Positions 18,232 through 29,900 of a stretch of 64,000 nucleotides of DNA are shown piece after piece; position 1 is the first letter of the stretch; every line of letters begins with the position of its first letter. The position numbers and the translations under genes are program-made. Under the pieces are notes generated by a model that was not told where the DNA came from, did not search any database, and was given only the letters and a program-made list of their open reading frames with translations. The DNA is from the human T2T-CHM13v2.0 reference genome, Homo sapiens. Where the stretch lies: NCBI GenBank assembly GCA_009914755.4, contig CP086569.2:20672001-20736000 (forward strand), in the 5' to 3' direction.

Positions 18232-19608
18232 GCAATGACATCCTTATACTGTCTTCAAGGAATTCATCTCACATGTAATGATTCCTACAGTCTCAAAATG
18301 AAAAGATGGAGAGAGATTTATCACATAAATAGCAAACCAAAGAGAGAGAGACAGAGGGAAAAGAGAGAGAGTTGCTATATTTGTATTAGATGAAAGAGGC
18401 TTTAAGTCAACAACAGTAAAAAAAAGTCATTAAATGATAATAAACAGTTTAATTCAGCAAGAAGAATTAACCACTATAAATATACATACAAGCAAAATTG
18501 AAATACCTAGATTTATAAAATGATTGCTTCTCAATGTAAGAAAAGGTCTTCACAATACTAATGAGAAACTTCAACACCATACTGAAATCTCTAGACAGAT
18601 TATTGTGAAATAAACTAAGAAATTCTGAACTTAAATTGAATACTAGACCAATTCGGCCTAACAGACATGTACAAAATACTACAACAAACAACCATAAAAT
18701 ATGCATTCTTCTCAACCACACAAGAAACATTCTTGAAAATTGACCTTATTTTATTTTAAAGTCTCAATAAATTTTATAAATTTAAAATTATACTAACCAA
18801 CTTCTTGGTCTACAATGAAATAAATATAAAAGCCAATGCCAAGAAAAATCTCAAAAACACACAAATACATGAAAACTAAACCACTTACTCTGCATAACAT
18901 TTGAATACACAACAAAATTAAGGTAGAAATCAAAATATTATTTGAAACAAATAAATGTAGAAAAAATACCAAAACCTCTGAAATGTGGTAAAAGCAGTGT
19001 TAAGGGGAAGTTTATGAATATTAAATGTCTACACGAAGAAGATACATCTGAAATTTCCAACATTACCTTGCATGTAAAGAACCTAGAAAATCAAGAAAAA
19101 AAAAAACTATACCCAAAGCTGCAGGAAAAAAAAAAAAAAAAGAATCAGAGCATAATTAAATGAAATTGAAACCCCTGGAAGCCATAAATGGGATAAATAA
19201 GATCAATAGACCACTAACTAGACTATCAACATAAAAGAGAGGCTGGACCCAATAAGCACAGGCAGAAATGACAAATCTGACACCAAAACTGCTCCCACAA
19301 AAGTACAAAAGAGCCTCAGAAGCTACTATAAACCTTTCCAGGCATACAAACTAGGAAATTTAAAGGAAATTAATAAATTCCTAAAATCACAGAATCTTCA
19401 AATAATGAACAAAGAAGAACAAAAATCATAAACAGACTAATAAAGGGTAATAAAATTGAATCAGTAATAAAAAATCATTAGCCCCCCAAAAAAGTCCTGT
19501 ACCAAAAAGCTTCACAGCCATTTTTTTTCAGAGATACTAAAAAGCTGGTAGAAATACTACTGAAACTATTCAAAAATAAAAAATAAAATAAAAAGGAAAG
19601 AATAATAA

Positions 19609-19920
19609 TTTTTTTTTTTTTTTTGAGACAGATTCTGGCTCTGTAGCCTAGACTGGCTCTGTAGCCCAGACTGGCTCTGTAGTCCAGACAATGGCACGAC
19701 CTCTGCTCACTGCAACCTCCGCCTCCCAGTTCAAGCAATTCTCCTGTCTCAGCCTCCCAATTAGTTGGGAATACAAGTGCCCGCCACTACACCCAGCTAA
19801 TTTTTGTGTTTTTAGTAGAGACAGGGTTTCACCATGTTGGGCAGGATGGTCTTGAAATTCTGACTTCATGATTTGCTCACTTCAGCCTCCCAAAGTGCTG
19901 AAATTACAGGTGTGACTCCT
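19609..19920 (-). mobile_element. Alu SINE, - orientation, 5'-end truncated, with an internal triplicated ~20 bp unit
   Basis: Poly-T then gagacagattctggctctgtagcctagactggctctgtagcccagactggctctgtagtccagacaatggcacgacctctgctcactgcaacctccgcctcccag ... caaagtgctgaaattacaggtgtgactcc. Confidence 0.88.
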
Positions 19921-20650
19921 AATTTATTCTATGTAATAACTATTATCCTGATACTCAAATCTGGCAAAGGCACAACAAAATAGAAAACCACAGACAAGTA
20001 ACCTCAATGATTGTAGATAGAAAAATTATCAACAAAATATTAGCAACCCAAATCCAGAATTACATCAAAAAGTTTATGCACTATTATCTAGATGGCTTTA
20101 TTCATGGAATTTCAAGATAATTTAATATAGGTAAATCAATAAATGTAATTAAACAAAAAAACTGAAATCATATAATTATCTCAATAATGCAAAACATGCT
20201 TTTGATAAGATTCAATATGTCATAATAAAATCACTAAATACGCTAGGCATCAAAAGAACATCACTCAAAATAATAAGAGCCATCTTTGACAAACACACAG
20301 CCAATATCATGCTGAATGAGAAAATTGATAGCATTCTCCCTACAAGCTTAACAAGATAAGAATGTCCATTCTTATCTATCTTACTCAGCTTGGTATTGCA
20401 AGTCCTAAACACAGCAATCAGACAAGGGAAAGAAATAGAAGACACACAATTAAGAAAAAGAAGAGGTAAAAATATCTCTTTGCAGACAGTATGATTCTAT
20501 ACGTAGAAAATCCTAAATATTTTACAAAAAGGCTCTTTCAGAAGAACAAATTCAGCGAGTGTCATGATATAAAATCAGTGTGCAAAAATAAGTAACTTTT
20601 TTACACACTGATAATTTTCAGGCTGAGATCCAAATAAAGAATGCAATTTG

Positions 20651-20932
20651 GCCAGGCATGTGTGTCATATCTGTAATCCCATAACTTTGGGAGGCCAAGC
20701 TGGGTGTATCCTTTGACACAAGCCTGGGCAACATGGAGAAACCTTGCCGCTACAAAAAATACCAAAATTAGCTGGGTGTGATGGTGCATGCCTGTAGTCC
20801 CAGCTAATCAGGAGGGCATGAAAATCTCTTCGACCTGGGAGGTGGTGGTTATATATAGTTAGCAGAGGTTGTGCAACTGCACTCTAACCTAAGACACAGG
20901 GTGAGGTCCTATAATAAAAAAAGTGAAATTTC
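20651..20932 (+). mobile_element. Alu SINE, + orientation, older/diverged (AluJ-like)
   Basis: ggccaggcatgtgtgtcatatctgtaatcccataactttgggaggccaagctgggtgtatcctttgacacaagcctgggcaacatggagaaacc ... ctgggaggtggtggttatat ... A-rich tail. Confidence 0.85.
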
Positions 20933-21430
20933 ACTTACAGTAGCCATAAAAATGGGAATATAGCTAACCAGGAAGGTGAAAAATCTCTGCAAGGGGAATC
21001 AAAAACATTGCTAAAAGAACTCATAGATAACACAAACAAATAACAAAGCATTTAATGGAAATTAGCTGAAAAAATTAATATTGTTGAACTGTCATCTGCT
21101 TAAAGAAATCTAGAGATTCAGTGCTATTCTGAACAAATCACTAACATTATTTTTCACAGAAATTACATGAAAATTTCTGAAGTTTATCTGGAATCAAAAA
21201 ATTGCCTGAATAACAAAAGTGATCCCCCCAAACCAGACAAAGGACAGGGGCTTTATATTACTCAACTTCAAATCAAACAATAAGGTTACAATAACAAAAA
21301 TAGCATCATATTGATACAAAAAAATAGATACATAGTTTAATGGAAAATAATAGAGAGTCCAGAAATGTAGTTGTACATCTACTACCAATTAATCGTCAAC
21401 CAAAGTTGACATAAAAATAAACAATAGGGT

Positions 21431-22087
21431 TTTGATTTGCATTTCTCTAATGACCAGTGATGATGAGCTATTTTTCATATGTTTGTTGGCTGCATAAATG
21501 TCTTCTTTTGAGAAGTGTCTGTTCATATCCTTTGCCTCTTTTTTTAATGGGGTTGTTTTTTTCTTGTAAAGTTGTTTTAGTTCCTTGTGGATTCTGCTTA
21601 TTAGCCCTTTGTCAGATGGATAGATTGCAAAAATATTCTTTCATTCTATAGGTTGCCCGTCCAGTCTATTGATAGTTTCTTTTGCTGTGCAGAAGCTCTT
21701 TGGTTTAATTAGATCTCATTTGTCTATTTTTGCTTTTGCTGCCATTGGTTTTGGTCTTTTATTCCTGAAGTCTTTGCCCTTGCCTATGTTCTGAATGGTA
21801 TTGCCTATGCTTTATTCTAGTATTTATGTAATTTTAAGTTTTACATTTAAGTCTTTAATCCATCTTGAATTAATTTTTGTGTAAGGTGTAAGGAAGGGGT
21901 CCAGTTGCAGTTTTCTGCATATGGTTAGCCAGTTTCCCCAGCACCATTTATTAAATAGATAATCCTTTTCCCATTGCTTGTTTTGGTCAGGTTTTTTGAA
22001 GATCAGATAGTTGTAGATGTAATTCTGAGGTCTCTGTTCTGTTCCATTCATCTATATGTCTGTTTTGGTATCAGTACACATCAGTTA
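21431..22087 (-). mobile_element. L1PA-type ORF2 segment (codons ~890-1135) in inverted orientation; the 5' half of a twin-primed L1 insertion
   Basis: + strand reads the reverse complement of L1: tttgatttgcatttctctaatgaccagtgatgatgagc...gcataaatgtcttcttttgagaagtgtctgttcatatcctttgcc...tagccctttgtcagatggatagattgcaaaaat...ccagcaccatttattaaatagataatcc. The 21824-22051 minus-strand ORF translates to ...[51 protein letters not shown]. Confidence 0.85.
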
Positions 22088-22785
22088 GAAGGGTGATCAT
22101 TAACAAGTCAGGAAACAACAGATGCTGGAGAGGATGTGGAGAAATAGGAATGCTTTTACACTTTTGGTAGGAGTGTAAACTAGTTCAACCATTGTGGAAG
22201 GCAATGTGGCGATTGAAGTATCTAGAACAAGAAATACCATTTGACTCAGCAATCCCATTACTGGGTATATACCTAAAGGATTATAAATTATTCTTTGATA
22301 AAAACACATGCTCATGTATGTTTACTGTGGCACTGTTCACAATAGCCAAGACTTGGAACCAACCCAAATGCCTATCAGTGATAGATGGATAAAGAAAATG
22401 TGACACACACACACCATGAAATACTACGCAGCCACAAAAAAAGGATGAGTTCATATCCTTTTCAGGGAGGTGGATGAGGCTGGAAACCATCATTCTCAGC
22501 AAACTAACACAGGAACAGAAAGTCAAACACCCTATGTTCTCACTCATAAGTGGGAGCTGAACAATGAGAACACATGGACACAGGGAGGGGAACATTACAC
22601 ACCAGGGTCTGTTGTTGGGTGGTGGGCTAGAGGAGCATTAGGAGAAATACCTAATGTAGATGACGGGTTGATGGGTGCAGCAAACCACCATGGCATGTGT
22701 ATACCTATGTAACAAACCTACTCATTCTGTACATAAACCTTGGAACTTAAGGTATAATAATAATAATTATTATTATTATTAATAA
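22088..22785 (+). mobile_element. L1PA-type 3' end (end of ORF2 from codon ~1140, 3'UTR, (TAA)n/A-rich tail) in direct orientation; the 3' half of the twin-primed insertion
   Basis: gtgatcattaacaagtcaggaaacaacagatgctggagaggatgtggagaaataggaatgcttttacac...ccatttgactcagcaatcccattactgggtatatacctaaaggattataaa...gtgggagctgaacaatgagaacacatggacacagggaggggaacattacacaccagggtctgttg...cctaatgtagatgacgggttgatgggtgcagcaaaccaccatggcatgtgtatacctatgtaacaaacctactcattctgtacataaacc ... taataataataattattattattattaataa. Confidence 0.88.
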
Positions 22786-22879
22786 GTAGTTCTGGAAAAT
22801 TACAAATAATAAAATATTTTCCTAAAACTTGTTTCTGTACAATAAATGGGTGAAAAGAGAATTTAAAAAATCAAAAAAT

Positions 22880-23470
22880 ACCTTGAGATTACAAAAATGG
22901 AAATAAATTATCACAAACTTATGGAATACAGCAAAGTAGTGTTACAGGGTAAGTTTATAGCAGTAAGCACAAAAAAGAGAAATATTTCATATAAGCACTT
23001 TAATGTTATACCTCAAGATACAGGGAAATAGGCACAAAGTTTAAAGAGGTTAGAAAAAATAAAGATTAACATAAATAAACAAAATAGACACAAGAAAAAT
23101 AATTGAATATCCAAAGCAGAGTAAGAGTTGGTGTTTGAAAAATATAGAAAATGTTGGCAAACCTTTATTTAAATTAATTAAGAAAGATAAAGACTAAAGT
23201 AAATAATATTATAAATAAAAGAGCAGCTATTACATGTGATAACACAAAATCCAGGATTATAAAACAATCTTGCTAACAATTGTATGCTAAAAAATAACTG
23301 GAATACATGAAATAAATGAATAAAATTTTAGACACATAAAACCTACAAAAAGTCAGTCATAAAAATAGTAAATCTATAAAGACAAATATTGAATAAAATA
23401 TTAAGTTAAAAATAAAATTTATCTGATGAATTAAAAGCATAAGAATTACAATATTAGCAAGATGGCACAA
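22880..23470 (+). mobile_element. Old L1 ORF2 fragment (EN/RT junction region)
   Basis: Diverged matches to L1 ORF2 (..AVLQGKFIAVSTKKRNISYKHFNVIPQDTGK.., ..ITQNPGL*NNLANNCMLKNNWNT*NK*IKF*THKTYKK..). Confidence 0.55.
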
Positions 23471-25533
23471 TAGGACAGTGAAGACCAGGGTTACAAATTT
23501 TCAAGTAAAAATTTGGAATTCAGTACTGAAGCCAAGCTCATCTTTCATATGGCTTAGGTAAGTGCTTGGCTTGATTGTGTCTATGCCCTAGGGCTTTCTG
23601 GAATGCTGAATTTAGGAATATGAGTTATTTTTCAGAAGAAATTTCTAAGCAACAAAGCATTCAAGATGTAGTGTGGCTGCTTGTAACCACCTATGATTAG
23701 ATATGAGAACAAAGAAGTGACTTAAGATTGAAACATAATTAAAAGTGAAGCAGAGCAAATGAAATATTTACAGCTTGGCCATGTGTTAGAAAAAGAAAGG
23801 ATTTTCAGGAGAGGAATCCAGGTAGAGCTGTGAAACAACCACTTGCTAGGGAGATTAAACATAAGAAAACCAGGTGCTAATATTCAGAATAATGAATACA
23901 CTAAAGGTATTCCAGAAACCTTCCAAGTTGCATCTTCCATCACAGCATCAGGGACGTAAGAGAACAAACTTGTTTTGAGAGTTGTGTCAAGCACACTGCT
24001 TTTCTGTGCCACCTCAAGATGCAGCTCCCACATCATGGTCAATCTGTCTCCAACTGGAGCCTTAAGAGCCTCAGGTACAGCTCAGTCTACCACTCAGAAT
24101 AGTGCAAGCCATAAGACTGCATGCTTTAGATGAAGAATTAGATCATAGTGGTGAAGCCTTTGAAGCTTTCACCTAGATTTCAAAAAAATATGCTAAAAAG
24201 CCTAGGTGGTAATGCATAAGCCTCTGGGAGCAGGAGAGTTCCAACATAGAGACTCAACAAAAGCAGTGAAAAAGGGAAATGTGTGGTTGGAGACTTCAAA
24301 CACAGTATGCGTAGTGGAAATGTGGAAATGGTGCTGCCACCCTACAGACTTCAGAATTGTAGAGCCACTGGCAGATTTATCTTCAGCCTGGAAGAACAAC
24401 AGTCATTTAACTCCACCCTTTGAGAGCAGCCATGGTGACAAGTGTGTATACATTGTATACATTGCCTAGACATCAAGTCAAAAGATATCATTTTGAAGTT
24501 TTCAAATTTTTGCTTTGTTTGGTTTGAGAAGGAATCTCACTCTGTCACCCAGGCTGGAATCTGGTGGCACGATCATAGCTCACAGCAACCTCCACCTCCC
24601 TGGTTCAAGTGATTCTTCTGTCTCAGCATTGCAAGTAACTGGGATTACAGGCACTTGCCACCATGCCCAGCTAATATTTGTATATTAGTAGTGATGGTTT
24701 TCACCATGTTGGCCAGGTTGTTCTTGCACTCCTGGACTCAAGTTACCAACCCACCTCAGCGTCTCAAACTGCTAGGATTACAGGCATGAGACACCACACC
24801 TGGCCTGAAGCTTTCAAGTTTAATGTCTGCCGTCTGGATTTTGAAATTTGTGGAGACTTTTATCTACATTTTTGGCTGGTTTTTCCCTTTTGGGATGAGA
24901 ACGTTTATGCAAACCTATACCATCACTGTATCTTGACAGTAAATAATTTTTTAATTATTATTATATCTTATATGGAAATAACTTTCTTAGAGTCTAAGAT
25001 AAGAATTTGGACTTTGGACTCTTGAGTTGATACTAAAATGAATTAAGACTCCGGGGATGAGAGGATTGTATTTTGTAATGACAAAGACAGAGTATTTGGG
25101 TGCCAGAAGTAAAAAAATATACTTTGCATGATTGTGACCTATAAATCTTATGTTGAAATTTGATCCCCAATGTTGGGGATGGGGCCTAGTGTGACGTATT
25201 TGGATCATGGTGGCAGATCACTCATGAGTGACTGTGTGCTGTCATTGTGGGAATAAATGAGTTTTAACTCTATTAGTTCCCTTGAGACTTGATTGTTCAA
25301 ATAAGCCTGATATCTCTCTTTGTTTTCTCTTGCTCCGTTTTTGACCATGTGTCATACCTCTCTTCCCTTCGCCATATTCCATAATTAGAAACTTCCTAAC
25401 GTTCTTATCAAAAGCAGATGCAGGTATTATTCTTAAACATCATGCAGACCTATGAGCCAAGTTAAACTGCTTTTTAAATAAATTGCCCAGCCTCAGGTGT
25501 TCTTTTATATCAACACAAAACAGACTAACACAG
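23470..25533 (+). mobile_element. MaLR (THE1/MST-type ERVL-MaLR) element: putative internal region plus 3' LTR; the LTR (~25137-25533) is the confident part
   Basis: 25137-25533: tgattgtgacctataaatcttatgttgaaatttgatccccaatgttggggatggggcctagtgtgacgtatttggatcatggtggcagatcactcatgagtgactgtgtgctgtcattgtgggaataaatgagttttaactctattagttcccttgagacttgattgttcaaataagcctg...cttcccttcgccatattccat...ataaattgcccagcctcaggtgttcttttatatcaacacaaaacagactaacacag follows the THE1/MST LTR template. Upstream ...ggactttggactcttgagttgatactaaaatgaattaagactccggggatgagaggattgtattttgtaatgacaaagacag resembles the 3' end of the MaLR internal region. The internal-region call is from memory only. Confidence 0.55.
24507..24806 (-). 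mobile_element. Alu SINE, - orientation, with ~15 bp TSD, nested in the MaLR element
   Basis: tttgctttgtttggtttgagaaggaatctcactctgtcacccaggctggaatctggtggcacgatcatagctcacagcaacc ... ggattacaggcatgagacaccacacctggcc. Flanks gaagttttcaaattt / gaagctttcaagttt. Confidence 0.9.
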
Positions 25534-26199
25534 TCATATTGAATAAGAATAGATACATTTTTACAGTTAAAAAACACAGTGTGGCTGAATGCATTAAAAA
25601 ACAAGACCCAAATATATTCTGCCTTCCAGAGGCTCACATCACCTGTAAGGACATAGTAGACTGCAAGTAAAATAATGGAAGAGAAATTTTTCATGCAAAT
25701 GAAAACCATGAAAGATCAGTTTATGTAAGATAAAGTTTAAGACAAAAACTGTGCAAAACCAAAAAGATTATTATACAATGACAAGGAGTCAACTTAGCAT
25801 GAGAATGTAACAATTATAAGTATATATACACACACATATATGTGTCATAAATATATATTTTTACATCTATGTATATAAATTTATATGTATAAATATATAT
25901 TTATATATAAATATATGTATATATGTATATGTATATATATATAAATATATGTATATATGTATATGTATATACATATAAAAATATATATGTGTATGCCCCA
26001 AGCATTGGAACAGCTAAATACATAAAGCAAATATTATAGGCCTAAGGATGAAATTACCTGCAATAAAAGAACATCAAAAAACTTCCACATCTTACTTATA
26101 TCCATGGACAAAACATCAAATAGGAAATCAGCAAATAATCACCAGAGTTATATTGCTTTCAAAACAAATAACTCTAACAGACATTTACAGACCATTACC
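25534..26199 (+). mobile_element. Old L1 (L1M) ORF2 N-terminal (endonuclease) fragment containing a TA/TATG-rich low-complexity expansion at 25820-25990
   Basis: acagttaaaaaacacagtgtggctgaatgcattaaaaaacaagacccaaatatattctgccttccagaggctcacatcacctgtaaggacatag (..KRHRVAEWIKKQDP.ICCLQETH.T.KDT..) then ..HANENHERSVYVR*SLRQKLCKTKKIIIQ*QGVNLA*ECNNYKY.. (..[14 protein letters not shown].. region). Confidence 0.75.
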
Positions 26200-26480
26200 T
26201 TTTTTTTTTTTTTTAGTTGAAGTTTTGCTCTTGTTGCCCAGGATGAAGTTTTGCTCAAGTTGCAATGGCATAATGTTGGCTCACTGAAACATCTGCCTCC
26301 AGATTCAAGCAAATCTCCTGCCTCAGCCTCCCAAGTAGCTGGGATTACAGGTGCCTACCACCACATGGGGGTATTTTTTTGTATTTTTACTAGAGATTGG
26401 GTATAGCCATGTTCACCAGGTTGGTCTCCAACTCCTGGCCATGTGCTGGGATTACAGGCATGAGCCACTGCACCTGGCCA
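26200..26480 (-). mobile_element. Alu SINE, - orientation, with internal deletion
   Basis: Poly-T then agttgaagttttgctcttgttgcccaggatgaagttttgctcaagttgcaatggcataatgttggctcactgaaac...gcctcagcctcccaagtagctgggattacaggtgcctaccaccacatgg...ctgggattacaggcatgagccactgcacctggcc. Confidence 0.88.
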
Positions 26481-26912
26481 GAACATTACCTTTAACATAT
26501 ATATAATCTAGCTATTTGTAAAAGTAGAAAAAAAACATATATGTTAGGCTTCTGAGAAAAGTGAACACTTATACACTGTTGGTCAAAATGTAAATTACTT
26601 AAACCAGTCTAAAAACTAGCTTAGAGATTTTGCAAAGAATGAAAAATGGAACTACCATTTGCTCCACTGCTAAGAAGTAATCTTAGCACTAGACATATAA
26701 CCAAAACTATATCTTGTTCTAACAAAAAGACACATGCACTTATGTGTCTGTTGCAGCACTCTATTCATTACAGCTAAGACACAGAATAAACCCAGGTGCA
26801 TATCAATAGTGAATTGGATAAAGAAAATGTGGTACATGTATACCATAAACTACGATACACTCATAAACAGAACAACATCCTGTTCTTCACAGCAATATGG
26901 ATACAGCTGGGG
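26481..26912 (+). mobile_element. Old L1 ORF2 C-terminal fragment; the same copy resumes at ~32240-32330 after the nested L1PA
   Basis: ...ccaaaactatatcttgttctaacaaaaagacacatgcacttatgtgtctgttgcagcactctattcattacagctaagacacagaataaacccaggtgcatatcaatagtgaattggataaagaaaatgtggtacatgtataccataaactacgatacactcataaacagaacaacatcctgttcttcacagcaatatggatacagctgggg. Continues at 32240 with ccacaaaaaatatgtactcacttgtaagtgggagccaattcttagatatgcatacacatc (..KTKH.MFSLISGS..). Confidence 0.8.
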
Positions 26913-26949
26913 AGTTCTTTTTTTTTACTTTAAGAATATACTTTTATTG

Positions 26950-29900
26950 TTTTTTTAAATTATACTTTAAGTTCTAGGGTACATGTGCACAAGGTGCAGG
27001 TTTGTTACATAGGTGTACATATGCCATGTTGGTTTGCTGGACCCATCAACTCGTCATTTACATTAGATAATTCTCCTAATCCTATCCCTCCCCCAACCCC
27101 TCAACCCCTGACTGACCCCAGTGTGTGATGTTCCGCCACACTGTGTCCTTGTGTTTTCGTTGTTCAGCTCCCCACTATGAGTGAGAGCATGTGGTGTTTG
27201 GTTTTCTGTCCTTCTGATAGTTTGCTTGGAATGATGGTTTCCAGCTTCATACATGTCCCTGAATCTTTTTTATGGTTGCATAGTATTCCGTGATGTACAT
27301 GTGCCACAATTTCTTAATCCAGTCTATCACTCATGGACATTTGAGTTGGTTCCAAGTCTTTGCTATTGTGAATAATGCTGCAAGAAACATATGTGTGCAT
27401 GTGTCTTTATCATAGAATGATTTATAATCCTTTGGGTATATGCCCAGTAATGGGATTGTTGTGTTGAATGGTATTTCTAGATTTAGATCCTAGAGGAATT
27501 GCCACACTGTCTTCCACAATGGTCGAACTAATTTACACTCCTACCAACAGTGTAAAAGTATTCCTATTTCTCCATATCATCTTCAACAGCTGTTGTTTCC
27601 TGATTTTTTAATGATTGCCATTCTACTGGCATGAGATGGTATCTCACAGTGGCTTTAATTTGCATTTCTCTGATGACCAGGGAGCATTTTTGAAAATGTC
27701 TCTTGGCTGCATAAATGTCTTCTTTTGAGAAGTGTTCATATACTTTGCCCACTTTTTGATGGGATTTTTTGTATTTTTCTTGTAAATCTGTCTAAGTTAT
27801 TTGTAGATTCTGGATGTTAGCCCTTTGTCAGATGGGCAGATTGCAAAACATTTCTCCCATTCTGTAGGTTGCCTGTTCACTCCAATGATAGTTTCTTTTG
27901 CTATGCAGAAGATCTTTAGTTTAATTAGATCCCATTTGTCAATTTTGGCTTTTGTTGCCATTGTTTTTGGAGTTTTAGTCATGAAGTCCTTGCCCATGCC
28001 TATGTCCTGAAGGGTATTACCTAGGTTTTCTTCTAGGATTTTTATGGTGTTACATTTTACATTTAAGTCTTTAATCCATTCTGAGTTAATTTTTGTATAA
28101 GGTGTAAGGAAGGGATCCAGTTTCAGCTTTCTACGTATGGCTATCCACTTTTCCCAGTACCATTTATTAAATAGGGAATCCTTTACCCATTTCTTTTTTT
28201 TTTGTCAGGTTTGTGAAAGATCAGATGGTTGTAGATGTGTGGTGTTATTTCTGAAGCCTCTGTTCCATTCCATTGGTCTATATTTCTGTTTTGGTGCCAG
28301 TGTCATGCTGTATTCGTTACTGTAGCCTTATAGTATAGTTTAAAGTCAGGTAGCATGATGTCTTCAGCTTTGTTTTTTTTGCTTAGAATTGTCTTAGCGA
28401 TGAGGGCTCTTTTTTGGTTCCATATAAACTTTAAGATAACTTTTCCAATTCTGTGAAGAAAGACAGAGGTAGCTTGATAGGGATGGCATTGACTCTATAA
28501 ATTACTTTGGGCAATATGGCCACTTTCGTGATATTAATTCTTCCTATCCATGAGCAGGGAATGTTCTTCCATTTGTTTGTGTCCTCTTTTATTTCCTTGA
28601 ACAGTGGTTTGTAGTTCCCCTTGAAGAGGTGCTTCACATCCCTTGTAGGTTGGATTCCTAGGAATTTCATTCTTTGTAGTAATTGTGAATGGGAGTTCAC
28701 TGATGATTTCTCTCTGTGATTGTCTATTATTGGCATATAAGAATGCTTATGATTTTTGCACGCTGATTTTGTATCCTGAGACTTTGCTGAAGTTGCTTAT
28801 CAGCTTAAGGAGATTTTGGGCTGAGATGATGGGTTTTTCTAAATATACAATTATGTGACTTGCAAACAGATACAATTTGACTTCCTCTTTTCATAATTGA
28901 ATAATCTTTATTTCTATCTCTTGCTTGATTTCCCTGGCCAGAACTTCCAACAGTATGTTAAATAGGAGTAATGTGGGAGGGCATCCTTGTCTTGTGCCAG
29001 TTTTCAAAGAGAATGCTTCCAGCTTTTGCCCATTCTGTATGGTATTGGTTGTAGGTTTGTCATAAATAGCTGTTATTATTTTGAGATATGTTCCACCAAT
29101 ACCTCGTTTATTTAGAGTTTTTAGCATGAACTGCTGTTGAACTTTGTCGAAGGCCTTTTCTGCATGTAGTGAGATAATCCTGTGGTTTTTGTCGTTTGTT
29201 CTGCTTATGTGATGAATTACATTACTGATTTTCATATGTTGAACCAGCCTTGCATCCCAGGGATGAAGCCAACTTGATCATGTTGGATAAGCTTTCTGAT
29301 GTGCTGCTCGATTCGGTTTGCCAGGATTTTATTGAAGATTTTTGCATCGATGTTCATCAGGGATATTGACCTAAAATTCTCTTTTTTTGTTGTGTCTCTG
29401 CCAGGCTTTTGTATCAGGATGATGCTAGCCTTGTAAAATGAGTTATGGAGGATTCTCTCTTTTTCTATTCATTGGAATAGTTTCAGAAGGAAACAGACCA
29501 GCTCCTCTTTGTACCTCTGGTAGAATGCAACTGTGAATCTGTCTGGTTCTGCACTTTTTTTGGTTGGTAGACTATTAATTATTGTCTTAATTTCAGAACA
29601 TGTTGTTGCTCTATTCAGAGATTTAACTTCTTCCTGGTTTGGTTTTGTGAGGGTGTATGTGTCCAGAAATTTATGCATTTCTTCTGGATTTTCTAGCTTA
29701 TTTGCATGGAGGTGTTTACAGTATTCTCTGATGGTAGTTTGTATTTCTGTGGGATAAGTGGTGATATTCTCTTTATCATTTTTTATTCTGTCTGTTTGAT
29801 TGTCTCCTCTTTTCTTCTTTATTAGTCTTGCTAACTGTGTATCTATTTTGTTGATATTTTCAGAAAACCAGCTCCTGGGTTCATTGATTTTTTGAAGGGT

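Larger units (their letters stand above)
18236..21430 (+). mobile_element. Old L1 (L1M-type) ORF2-derived sequence, 5'-truncated at ORF2 codon ~45, interrupted by two Alus
   Basis: ccttatactgtcttcaaggaattcatctcacatgtaatgattcctacagtctcaaaatgaaaagatggagagagatttatcacataaatagcaaaccaaag (CLQETHL..KDTHRLKVKGW..ANGNQK region). Further RT-like stretches 20040-20420 (..NQIQNYIKKFMHYYLDGFIHGISR.., ..[16 protein letters not shown]..); highly diverged. Confidence 0.75.
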
